This document shows, one piece after another, positions 37,585 to 46,293 of a DNA stretch of 47,602 nucleotides (its first letter is position 1; every line of letters begins with the position of its first letter). The position numbers were made by a program, and so were the translations under genes. The notes under the pieces were generated by a model, which saw nothing but the letters and a program-made list of their open reading frames with translations, was not told the origin of the DNA and did no database searches. Origin of the DNA: an uncultured Methanosarcinales archaeon (lineage in GTDB: Archaea > Nanobdellota > Nanobdellia > Woesearchaeales > CAYZNE01); NCBI GenBank assembly GCA_964461035.1, contig CAYWRI010000004.1, forward strand, positions 342 through 47,943. The letters are read 5' to 3'.

Positions 37585-38493
37585 GTGATTATACCTGTAA
37601 AAAATATACTTGAAACAATAGGAAAAACACCCCTTGTTAAAATAAATAGATTAAATAAAAATAAAAATGTGAACATATTTGCAAAACTTGAGAGTTTTAA
37701 TCCTAGTGGAAGTATAAAAGATAGAATCGCTTTCAGAATGATAGAAGATGCAGAGATATCAGGAGAATTAACTAAAGAAAAAACAATAATTGAAGCAACT
37801 TCAGGAAATAAGGGTATTGGTTTGGCACTAGTAAGTGCAGTTAAAGGATATAACTTAGTGGTTGTTATGTCAGAATCAGTAAGTGTAGAAAGGCAAAAAA
37901 TTCTCAAAGCATATGGTTCAAAAATAATTCTTACTGATCCAATGAAAGGAACAGATGGCGCTATAGAAAAAGTAAGATTGATTCTAAGAGAAAATCCTGA
38001 AAAATACTATAATCCTAATCAATTTTGCAATGAAAATAATGTTCTTTCACATTATAATACTGCTGAAGAAATAATTTATCAGATGCAAGGTAAAATAGAT
38101 GTTTTTATTGCAGCTAAAGGAACTACAGGAACATTGATGGGTATTGGAAAAAAACTAAAAGAATTCAACTCTAAAATAAAAATCATAGGGGTTGAACCAA
38201 ACCTAAAACACAAAATTCAGGGTTTAAAAAATATGAAAGAATCAATAATTCCTAAAATATACAATCCTAATATTCTGGATAAAACCATTTTTATTGAAGA
38301 TGAAAATGCATTTCAAACAACAAGAGATCTTGCAAAACATGAAGGTCTTTTTGTTGGTATGAGTTCTGGGGCTACAATGTATGTCGCTTTAAGAATTGCA
38401 GAAAAAATGCATCAGGGAAATATTGTTGTTATTTTTCCAGATAATGGGGAAAAATATCTTAGTACAAATTTATTTATTACAACAGGGGTTTAA
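37585..38493 (+). CDS. cysM: Cysteine synthase (O-acetylserine sulfhydrylase, CysK/CysM family); start ambiguous
   Basis: IGKTPLV, AKLESFNPSGSIKDR, EATSGN, GTTGT, GMSSGA, PDNGEKYLST; some conserved positions deviate (SGNKG for SGNTG). Confidence 0.9.
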   Translation: MIIPVKNILETIGKTPLVKINRLNKNKNVNIFAKLESFNPSGSIKDRIAFRMIEDAEISGELTKEKTIIEATSGNKGIGLALVSAVKGYNLVVVMSESVSVERQKILKAYGSKIILTDPMKGTDGAIEKVRLILRENPEKYYNPNQFCNENNVLSHYNTAEEIIYQMQGKIDVFIAAKGTTGTLMGIGKKLKEFNSKIKIIGVEPNLKHKIQGLKNMKESIIPKIYNPNILDKTIFIEDENAFQTTRDLAKHEGLFVGMSSGATMYVALRIAEKMHQGNIVVIFPDNGEKYLSTNLFITTGV

Positions 38494-38532
38494 TATTCCT
38501 CAGTTTTACTGAGATATTTAGATTGTAATGAC

Positions 38533-38600
38533 CAAAAATACTAAAATCTGCTAATATCCTTGAGTTTTGTTTCGAGGAGTAGTAAATATTAGTATTTTTG
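38533..38600. terminator. Long imperfect inverted repeat between convergent cysM and rps27e
   Basis: CAAAAATACTAA...TCCTTGA / TCGAGGA...TTAGTATTTTTG; a smaller CTCAGT-TTT-ACTGAG hairpin lies at about 38499-38513. Confidence 0.5.
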
Positions 38601-38641
38601 TGTTTATTAGCATGCTACAAGGTGCTTTTTATTCTTAAAAT

Positions 38642-38666
38642 AAATAATTCTTAGAAATAATTAATA
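38642..38666 (+). repeat. 25-bp direct repeat, copy 2
   Basis: Identical to 36320-36344; 22 bp past the rps27e stop. Confidence 0.85.
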
Positions 38667-38688
38667 TGTAATAAAATAAAAATTAAAA

Positions 38689-38886
38689 TTATCCAAGCAA
38701 CTCAAGAATTCTTGCTTTAATCTTTGTTTTACCGCCTGATGATTCTGCGATAACAGTTTCACAGACTAAACATTTTATTTTACTTGACGCTTTTCCAAAA
38801 ATGATTTGTTCATTCTTACACTTTGGACATCTCACTTTTACAAATTTTGATTTTGTTGCCTTTAATTTATCTTTTGAAGTAGTCAT
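38689..38886 (-). CDS. rps27e: 30S ribosomal protein S27e
   Basis: SKFVKVRCPKCKNEQIIF...CLVC......GGK. Confidence 0.97.
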   Translation of the reverse strand: MTTSKDKLKATKSKFVKVRCPKCKNEQIIFGKASSKIKCLVCETVIAESSGGKTKIKARILELLG

Positions 38887-38897
38887 TTTGATAACCT

Positions 38898-39209
38898 TTA
38901 TACTAATTCGATTTTTTTAGCTCTTATACCTTTTGCTTGTGCATGAGATTTTTTACATTCAGAGCATTTATATCTATAATCAGTTTTTTTAGTTGATTTT
39001 TTACCAGTACTTTTCCATTTTGTAATAGGAGGTTTTGATCCCAATTTTCCAAGATTACCTGTCCCATGTCCAAAATTAGTTCTTGATTTTGCACCTTTAC
39101 TTAAAGGATGTGTACTATTAGGTGCTTTTCTTTTAGAAAGACTAACAGTGTGAGCTGTATGTTTCCTACAAAAAGGACAGTATCGTTTTATCTCTTTAGG
39201 CTTTTTCAT
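38898..39209 (-). CDS. rpl44e: 50S ribosomal protein L44e
   Basis: MKKPKEIKRYCPFCRKHTAH...KSTKK.D.RYKCSECKK. Confidence 0.96.
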   Translation of the reverse strand: MKKPKEIKRYCPFCRKHTAHTVSLSKRKAPNSTHPLSKGAKSRTNFGHGTGNLGKLGSKPPITKWKSTGKKSTKKTDYRYKCSECKKSHAQAKGIRAKKIELV

Positions 39210-39224
39210 TTTTGAACTCCATTA

Positions 39225-39824
39225 TTATCTTGATGCATCTGCCTGTCTTTCTAATTCTAATTTTTTCTGAATTATTGAAGACGTTTGATTCATTTCATAT
39301 GCATTGATGATTTCTTCAGCTAATGCAGTTTCAGCAGATTTCTTTTTATTGAAACATTTTTGATATGTTCCTTGAGTAATAAATTTAAGAACAATGTCAA
39401 CTCTTCTTTGAGGTGATACTTCAACAGGTTTTGGATATCTTGCTCCTCCATATTCTATGGTTATTATTTCTTCTCTTGGAGCACTATTTTCTATTGCTTT
39501 AACAAAGACTTCAATAGGATTTTTATTAAGTTTTTTTTCAATAATTTCAAAAGCTTTAATTACTATACTCATTGCTTTATTATTTTTCCCAGTGTTGTGA
39601 CCAGAACTCATTTTATGCTTTTTGGATTTATGTCCTGAAACCATTAGTCTATTTATTAGTCTTTCAACAATAAAAACTCTTGATTTGTGAAATTTATTTC
39701 CAGCATATTTTCCACCAGTCATAGGAACAATTTTAGGACTCAAACTTATATATTTTGCAAGACCAGGGTCTTTTACTGCTATTCCTTCTACCGTCCATTT
39801 ATTGAATGCCAAAATTTCACTCAT
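39225..39824 (-). CDS. rps7: 30S ribosomal protein S7
   Basis: DPGL..YISL, IVERLIN, NPIEVFVKAIENSAPREE, SPQRRVD, KKLELERQADASR. Confidence 0.97.
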   Translation of the reverse strand: MSEILAFNKWTVEGIAVKDPGLAKYISLSPKIVPMTGGKYAGNKFHKSRVFIVERLINRLMVSGHKSKKHKMSSGHNTGKNNKAMSIVIKAFEIIEKKLNKNPIEVFVKAIENSAPREEIITIEYGGARYPKPVEVSPQRRVDIVLKFITQGTYQKCFNKKKSAETALAEEIINAYEMNQTSSIIQKKLELERQADASR

Positions 39825-40073
39825 TTTTTATACCACCGATTTACTATTTAATTACTATAAAATATTTATATACACTTAATTACTCAATATGTGCTCTCAA
39901 TATCAAATTGTGGAACCGCAATTAATTTATAAATGTTGTTATTGAACAAATGTCTTTAGAATATATTTGTTTTCTATGTTGTGGTTAAGTTTTGATAAAA
40001 TTTTGCTGAATTTTAATCTTTGATTTTGATAATTTAGTGATCTTATACAAAATTTATTTCAAAATTGATTTTA

Positions 40074-40652
40074 TCATTTTCTGTTCTGCACTTGTTGAAC
40101 TAAGTTTCTAGAATAATTTTTAATTTCTTCAACCAATTTCCAGTTTTCCTCGGGTTTGTAATCTTCTTCTTCTATAGAATAATTACCTTCAAGAATTGTT
40201 TCAAGTATTCTTCTAACATATTTTGCGTTATATATTTCAGATATTTTTCCTTCTTCATAATGCGCGGTGCATAAGGGGGATTTAAGATGACCTAAAATAC
40301 AACCCTCTCCAAACTTGTGAAATGGACAAGCATCATTAAGTCCCATTAAATGTTGATGTTTACTTAATGCTTTTTTTAATTCTTCATCTCTTTTCTGAAG
40401 AATTATTGATTCTGCAGGACCTTTAATCCCTGCTTCAGAATTTGTTTTTGATATTTTGCATTTTCCTATTCCATCTTTTAAATGAGATTCTTCAGGTGCA
40501 AAATCAAATAAAGTATTTAATATTTTAACAGCTGTTTTGTATTGCTCGAGAATTGTTCTCTTAACTTCATAATATCTTTTAATATTCTTGTGAGCAGTAT
40601 AAATATCTATTTTTTTAGTATTATCCCTCACATTATTAGTTGCATTATTCAT
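40074..40652 (-). CDS. Hypothetical protein with Cys cluster
   Basis: CPFH...GCIL...KSPLC motif suggests metal binding. Confidence 0.6.
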   Translation of the reverse strand: MNNATNNVRDNTKKIDIYTAHKNIKRYYEVKRTILEQYKTAVKILNTLFDFAPEESHLKDGIGKCKISKTNSEAGIKGPAESIILQKRDEELKKALSKHQHLMGLNDACPFHKFGEGCILGHLKSPLCTAHYEEGKISEIYNAKYVRRILETILEGNYSIEEEDYKPEENWKLVEEIKNYSRNLVQQVQNRK

Positions 40653-40768
40653 TCTTTATTCAATTATAACTCATTTATATAAAAATGTTTTGAAGATTAT
40701 TTGTTAAAAAATAATGTTAGTATTGTTTAGGGGCAAAACTTATAAGTAATCTCTTTTTTCCGTCTAAA

Positions 40769-41746
40769 ATGATTAAATTAAGTAAAAAAGGACTTAAAAA
40801 AATTCAAAGTAAAATAAAAAGTGAACTTTCACAATATACTTATGGACTTCAAGAGTTATTAAATGAAAAAAATTTGGAATTAAATTACATTGAATCAGAA
40901 AAGACTTTGTTTATTAATCGTGCACATGGCCTAAATTTAAGTGCTAAAACAGGTATCTGTTTTGAACTCATGAATTATGAATTTGTTAGATTACAAAAAG
41001 AATATCCTGAGTTTCAAGTTCTTAGATGTGATGGTAATGGTAAAGACATATTTAATCATTCAACAAGTTCTCATTCTTTTATTTTGTTATATGCTGGAGA
41101 TAAAATAATACAAACTCCAGAGGATATTTCATCAACTTTAGAAAAAGAAATATTAGTTGTTGATCCATCAGTTCAACTTGTAAAAACAATGAAACAATCA
41201 CAATATAAGTTTAGAAAAATATATGGTCCTGAACAAACTATTTTCTATCCTAAATCTAGAAAATTAAACGAAAATGAAGGGTTACCTCTATTTAAATTAG
41301 AAAATAATGAACTTGTTTATTTAATAATTAATTCAGAATTTGAATCTGATTTAGGCATTGTTTTTGACAAACCTACAAAGATGACAACCGAAATTATACC
41401 TCTCTTTGAAAAAATAAATCGTAATGAATCTACTGAAGACTTTCAAGCACATGATCTTTATTCTGCGAGTTTAGACAATGAAACTGTTTATAGAGATTCT
41501 CAATTAAAACAAATTATTGATTTATTTCGAACTAATATTACTCGTATTAAAAGTTTTGCTCAAAATGAAAGATTAGAAAAAAAAGTGTTTTTCTATGATT
41601 CTATAACTAATATAGCTCGTTATCAAACATTTCCTTCTCGCAATTCAAAATTTTATAAAAAATGGGAAAAATTTAAAGAACAAACCGATTTAGGATATAA
41701 TGTAGCAATTCAAAACAAAGAACCATTTTATGTTGTCAATTTTTAA
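40769..41746 (+). CDS. Hypothetical protein, possible transglutaminase/papain-like Cys-His-Asp triad
   Basis: GICFEL ... SHSFIL ... VVDPS order and spacing. Confidence 0.55.
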   Translation: MIKLSKKGLKKIQSKIKSELSQYTYGLQELLNEKNLELNYIESEKTLFINRAHGLNLSAKTGICFELMNYEFVRLQKEYPEFQVLRCDGNGKDIFNHSTSSHSFILLYAGDKIIQTPEDISSTLEKEILVVDPSVQLVKTMKQSQYKFRKIYGPEQTIFYPKSRKLNENEGLPLFKLENNELVYLIINSEFESDLGIVFDKPTKMTTEIIPLFEKINRNESTEDFQAHDLYSASLDNETVYRDSQLKQIIDLFRTNITRIKSFAQNERLEKKVFFYDSITNIARYQTFPSRNSKFYKKWEKFKEQTDLGYNVAIQNKEPFYVVNF

Positions 41747-41765
41747 TTACTTTTTCGTTTTATGC

Positions 41766-43196
41766 TTATTTGTTCTTTCTAGTATTTTTTTTTAACAGAT
41801 TTTTTCTTACTATTTTTTTCTTAACAACTTTCTTTTTTGTAGTAGATTTCTTCTTAATAGTTCTTGTTTTCTTTTTTGTAGTTTTCTTACGAATAACCTT
41901 TTTTTCCTTAGAAGTTTTCTTCTTACCCCACTTCTTAATTGCTTCACGCAATTCAATATGAATTTTTGCTGATTCTTCTAAAGAAACTCCTTTAAGTGTT
42001 GCATCCATAGCTTGTCTAATTGCTATTGCACCTCTAAGTGTTCCTAATGGATGACCATGACAACCGCCACCGAATTGCATAACAACATTCTTACCCATGG
42101 CATTATAGACTGCTGGAATTCCTAAAGGACTTAGACCACCTGAAGCCACAGCTAAAACAGGTTTAATATTGTGCCATTCTTGTTCAAGCATGAATTCTTT
42201 ATCATTTTCTTCAAGTTCAATTTTTTCTATTTCATTTTCAATATCAATAATTTCTCTTTTAGAACCATCCATTTTCCCAACGCCTGCAGTTCCAATATGA
42301 ATTTGATCAACTCCAATTAACCTATATATTTTAGCTAAAACAAGCATAGATAGTCCCTGTTTATGATCTTTAGTTATTGCTGCATGCATTGCTCTATGTG
42401 CATGAATAACAAGAGTCGTATTATTTCTTAAAGTTTGAAGTGCAGACCAACCTGCAGTAATAACATCTATCATTACATATTCATTACCTTTCTTTTTAAC
42501 ATAATCTGCTCGTCTAAGCATTTCCAAAGTTTCTGCAGTAACATTGGGCATGTATATTTTTTTCTCACCAGTTCTTTTTTCAGCAAGTTTTTTCATTTTT
42601 ATGGTTTCATCAATTCTTTTCTTAAAATGATTAAAACTCATACTGCTAAGATTTTCATCGTCTTTAACAATATCCAGTCCTCCTGCCCATGCTTCGTAAG
42701 CGACTTTAGCATGTTGTTTTTCATTAAGACCAACTTTAGGTTTTACAATTGTTCCAAGAAGAGGTCTATCTTTTATTTTCAGAAGAGCTCTTATTCCATC
42801 AATACCATATCTTGGACCTTTGAAAGATTTAATTATTGACAAAGGAAAATCTATATCTTCTAATCTTAAACCATTTAACATTTTCATGCCAAAAATATTT
42901 CCTGCAATACTGCTTAGTATTTGGGGCATATTACCGGGTTCAAATAATTCTGGAGAATATGCAATCTTAATTAGTTTTGTTTTTTCATCAATATAATAAA
43001 CATGTGGTTTAAGTCTTGTTGCAATTTTGTTATTCATAGTTGATATTGTTGTCCATGTTCCAATACTTGATTCTGCAGCAATTTGTTCAGCACAATAATG
43101 TAAATTATACCCTTTAGCAGGTTCTACTCTGTATTCAACAAGAACTTCTGTGTTCTTAGGAACATATTTTAAATTTATATAATCTAACATTCTCAC
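41766..43196 (-). CDS. rbcL: Form III-like RuBisCO large subunit with Lys-rich C-terminal tail
   Basis: AAESSIGTWT, GNIFGMK, GTIVKPKVGL, catalytic GGLDIVKDDENL, HAHRAMH, HIGT..GKM, SGG, GGGCHGHP. Confidence 0.95.
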   Translation of the reverse strand: MRMLDYINLKYVPKNTEVLVEYRVEPAKGYNLHYCAEQIAAESSIGTWTTISTMNNKIATRLKPHVYYIDEKTKLIKIAYSPELFEPGNMPQILSSIAGNIFGMKMLNGLRLEDIDFPLSIIKSFKGPRYGIDGIRALLKIKDRPLLGTIVKPKVGLNEKQHAKVAYEAWAGGLDIVKDDENLSSMSFNHFKKRIDETIKMKKLAEKRTGEKKIYMPNVTAETLEMLRRADYVKKKGNEYVMIDVITAGWSALQTLRNNTTLVIHAHRAMHAAITKDHKQGLSMLVLAKIYRLIGVDQIHIGTAGVGKMDGSKREIIDIENEIEKIELEENDKEFMLEQEWHNIKPVLAVASGGLSPLGIPAVYNAMGKNVVMQFGGGCHGHPLGTLRGAIAIRQAMDATLKGVSLEESAKIHIELREAIKKWGKKKTSKEKKVIRKKTTKKKTRTIKKKSTTKKKVVKKKIVRKNLLKKNTRKNK

Positions 43197-43334
43197 ACCC
43201 CTCTTTTACTTTAATAAAACATCTATGAACTTAAATATCATATTCTTTGCTGTTCATCTTTTTAAAGTTAGTGATTTAATGAAAAATAAAATACATAATA
43301 AAAATATTTAAAACAATAAACATTTGCAAAGCTT

Positions 43335-43703
43335 ATGGAATTTATGGTTGGTGATTTTGTAGACAATTGTTTGTCTGATTCAAGCGAGTTTCAAATTTTA
43401 TTTGAAAAAAAAGTTACTTTAGAAAATGCAACCCAAAAATTATGTGAATTGTATGGCTTCTACACTTCACGTTCTATTGAATACAAATTAGTTAATAATG
43501 ATAATGATTTATATGGATGTATTGATTCAGAACCTCTTTTTGGCGATACAATTTGTGTAATACCTAATAATATGTATGATTTAAAACTACTTAATAATGA
43601 AGGTTTAGAATTGCAAGACCATTATGTAATTCAAGAAAGAAATATGGATTCTAAAGATTTTCAAAAATTTCATGCTTTTTTAGATAAAATAGATAAATCT
43701 TAA
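43335..43703 (+). CDS. Hypothetical protein
   Basis: 122-aa acidic ORF with TATA-like box about 30 nt upstream. Confidence 0.55.
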   Translation: MEFMVGDFVDNCLSDSSEFQILFEKKVTLENATQKLCELYGFYTSRSIEYKLVNNDNDLYGCIDSEPLFGDTICVIPNNMYDLKLLNNEGLELQDHYVIQERNMDSKDFQKFHAFLDKIDKS

Positions 43704-43744
43704 AATTTCATTAGATTTTTAAAGAATTAAACTTTTTAATAAGC

Positions 43745-44236
43745 ATGGTTGATATTACATCTATTGACGGATTAAAAGAAAACATTAATTGCATAGGCTG
43801 TGCATTAGTTTCTAAAAAAATTAAAAATCCTTTTCCAATAATATATGAAGATGAATATTTTATGGTAAGTCAAGATTATGAAGTTCCAATATCTGGTTTC
43901 GTGGTTTTAGCATCAAAAAGACATATCCAAGGAATTCTTGATTTTACAGAAATCGAACTTAAATTTTTTTACAGATTACTTAAAATAATAAGATTGGCAC
44001 TTAAAGAATGTCTTGGAATTAATTATGTTATGTTATTTTCTAATGAAAGTAAAATAATTAGTAAGATAAACCCTTCCCATTTTCATTTTTGCTTTTTACC
44101 TAAAGACGGATTTGAATCAAAAAATCTTAATGAAACTTTAGCGTATGCAAAAGCTAATATGAAAACTGAAGAAAATTTTAAAAAAGTACAAGAATCAGCA
44201 CTTAAACTAAAAGAATACATATCTAATTCTGTCTAA
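43745..44236 (+). CDS. HIT-family protein
   Basis: CIGC, IYEDEYF, P..GF....KRH, HFHF. Confidence 0.85.
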   Translation: MVDITSIDGLKENINCIGCALVSKKIKNPFPIIYEDEYFMVSQDYEVPISGFVVLASKRHIQGILDFTEIELKFFYRLLKIIRLALKECLGINYVMLFSNESKIISKINPSHFHFCFLPKDGFESKNLNETLAYAKANMKTEENFKKVQESALKLKEYISNSV

Positions 44237-44267
44237 ATATGTGCAACAAGATTAAGAAGTAATAATT

Positions 44268-45035
44268 TCAAACTCTAAATAAAGAACTAGGTCTTTCTCT
44301 GTTAGAAACGTATAGGTTAGGAAAAAAGAATTTTCTGTGTTTAATTGTTGAAGCCATATTATTATAAGCAAGAGTTTCAGTATTATTGTTTAAACTCAAG
44401 TGTCCAAGAACAAGATTATGCAATCTTCGTTTAGCATGTTCTAAAGTTAAAAGTGATGATTGAGTATTGCTAAGATGTCCAAAATCAGAAAGTATTCTTT
44501 TCTGTAATATTGGAGGATATTTTCCATTTTTTAACATGTAAACATCATGATTACTTTCTAAAATAAGTGAATCAGAATTTTTAACAGCATCAATAACATT
44601 ATTACAAGGACTTCCAATATCCGTTAATATTCCTAAATTTCTATTACTCTGAATAAAAAAAGATACAGGTTCAATAGAATCATGTTTTTTCTTTATCAAA
44701 TTTATTTCTAAATTTTGTTTTTTTATCATTTCATCAGGTTTAAAAAAATTTATTTTTTCAGGATCTAATTGAAGACTTGAATTTAGAAATGTTTTTCTTG
44801 AAATATATATTTCTGCATCAGTTTTCTTAGCTAAAACATCAACTCCTCTAATGTGATCAGAATGTTCATGACTAATAAAAATAGAATCAAGTTTTTCAGG
44901 ATTTAATCCAAGTCTTTCCATTCTTAAGAAAATCTGTTTACAACTAATTCCTGCGTCAAATAGATAAATCTTATCTTTATTCTCTACAACAAACGCATTT
45001 CCACTGCTTCCTGATGCTAATACTGCAAATCTCAT
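44268..45035 (-). CDS. MBL-fold metallo-hydrolase (YycJ/WalJ-like)
   Basis: LASGSSGNA, DAG, SHEHSDH, HD, TDIG, LESNHD, GHLSN, GHLS..NN. Confidence 0.92.
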   Translation of the reverse strand: MRFAVLASGSSGNAFVVENKDKIYLFDAGISCKQIFLRMERLGLNPEKLDSIFISHEHSDHIRGVDVLAKKTDAEIYISRKTFLNSSLQLDPEKINFFKPDEMIKKQNLEINLIKKKHDSIEPVSFFIQSNRNLGILTDIGSPCNNVIDAVKNSDSLILESNHDVYMLKNGKYPPILQKRILSDFGHLSNTQSSLLTLEHAKRRLHNLVLGHLSLNNNTETLAYNNMASTIKHRKFFFPNLYVSNRERPSSLFRV

Positions 45036-45109
45036 ATTTCAATCACAAAATTAGCTAATCTAAGAACTATATAATTGTTTTGTTTTTTCGGGGTTAATTA
45101 AAACGGAAC

Positions 45110-46090
45110 TCATCGCCATCCTACAATAACTTTATCAGTTCGTTCGTAGGGTTTGACAATACTATTCGCGATAGAAGTTTTAATGCCTGAGTTTAGCATT
45201 AGTTCTCCTGTTAGAGCAATCATTGCAGCATTATCAACATTGAATTCGTTTGGAAGAATGAAACATTTTATTCCTCTTTCTTTAGCAAGAATCTTAGCCA
45301 TTTTTTGTAATCTTGAATTGCAAGCAACTCCTCCTCCAAGAAGAATTTCTTCTTTACCTGTATGCGCAACAGCTCTTTCTGTTACTTCCATTAACATTGC
45401 AAAAACAGTTTCCTGAGCAGAATAACATAAGTCTTCTATTTTATATTTTTTAGATTTTAATTTTGTTCGAAGATTAGTAAGTATTCCTCCAAAAACTAAA
45501 TCCATACCTTTAACGTTATAAGGAAGTTCAATATAACTATTAGATTTTTTAGCAAGTTCATCTATTTTTGGACCTGCAGGAAAACCAAGACCTGCATACC
45601 TTCCAAAAGAATCAAGAAAATTTCCAACACCAATATCTAATGTTTCTCCAAATATTCTGTATTTATGTTTATCATATGCAATTATTTGGGTGTTTGCTCC
45701 AGAAGCATAAACAAGAATCGGATCCTTTGCTCCAAGCAAGATTCGTCCAACTTCAAGATGTGCAATACAATGATTAACTCCAATAAGTGGTTTTTTTAAT
45801 AAAAGTGATAAAGATCTTGCAAGTGTTGCACCAATTCTTAAACTAGGTGCAAGACCAGGTGCCTGAGAAAAAGCTATTGCATCAATATCTTTAAAAGAAA
45901 ATTCTGCTTTTTTTAATGACTCTTTTAATAAACTTAAAAACTCATTAAGATGATGTTCAGCAACTTTAAAAGGAATCATCCCACCTTCCTCTGTTGTAAA
46001 GCACCGTCTATTATTGCTTAATACTTTTTGATTTTTAGTAACCGCAATTCCTAAAGTGTGAGCAGTACTTTCAATTCCTAAAATTATCAT
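45110..46090 (-). CDS. kae1: tRNA t6A37 threonylcarbamoyltransferase Kae1/TsaD
   Basis: LGIESTAHT, PGL, NHCIAHLE, SGANTQ, GETLDIGVGN, GGVACN, DNAAMIA. Confidence 0.96.
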   Translation of the reverse strand: MIILGIESTAHTLGIAVTKNQKVLSNNRRCFTTEEGGMIPFKVAEHHLNEFLSLLKESLKKAEFSFKDIDAIAFSQAPGLAPSLRIGATLARSLSLLLKKPLIGVNHCIAHLEVGRILLGAKDPILVYASGANTQIIAYDKHKYRIFGETLDIGVGNFLDSFGRYAGLGFPAGPKIDELAKKSNSYIELPYNVKGMDLVFGGILTNLRTKLKSKKYKIEDLCYSAQETVFAMLMEVTERAVAHTGKEEILLGGGVACNSRLQKMAKILAKERGIKCFILPNEFNVDNAAMIALTGELMLNSGIKTSIANSIVKPYERTDKVIVGWR

Positions 46091-46205
46091 AATACTAAGA
46101 TAAATAAGGTTTGATTTAAATTTTTTTATGATTATTGGCGTAATTTAATCAATATTCTAAAACAAGAAACTTTATAAAAAGAATCAGATTCACCAGTTTA
46201 ATAAC

Positions 46206-46265
46206 ATAATTGGCCCGAGTGGATAGCGTTGTAGGGTTTTTGGCGCTGCTTCTCGAAACAATTAT
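46206..46265 (+). promoter_or_regulatory. Structured 5' leader of the rps13-rps4 operon (candidate r-protein autoregulatory element)
   Basis: Nested stems ATAATTG/CAATTAT, CGAG/CTCG, TAGCGTT/GGCGCTG between the TATA box (46171) and ATG46294. Confidence 0.5.
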
Positions 46266-46293
46266 TTACAAATAATACGTTGAAGGTTTTAAT

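Noticed and set aside
41766-43196. Evidence for Calvin-cycle autotrophy
   Set aside because: No phosphoribulokinase or small subunit in the window; form III enzymes in DPANN are associated with nucleoside salvage.
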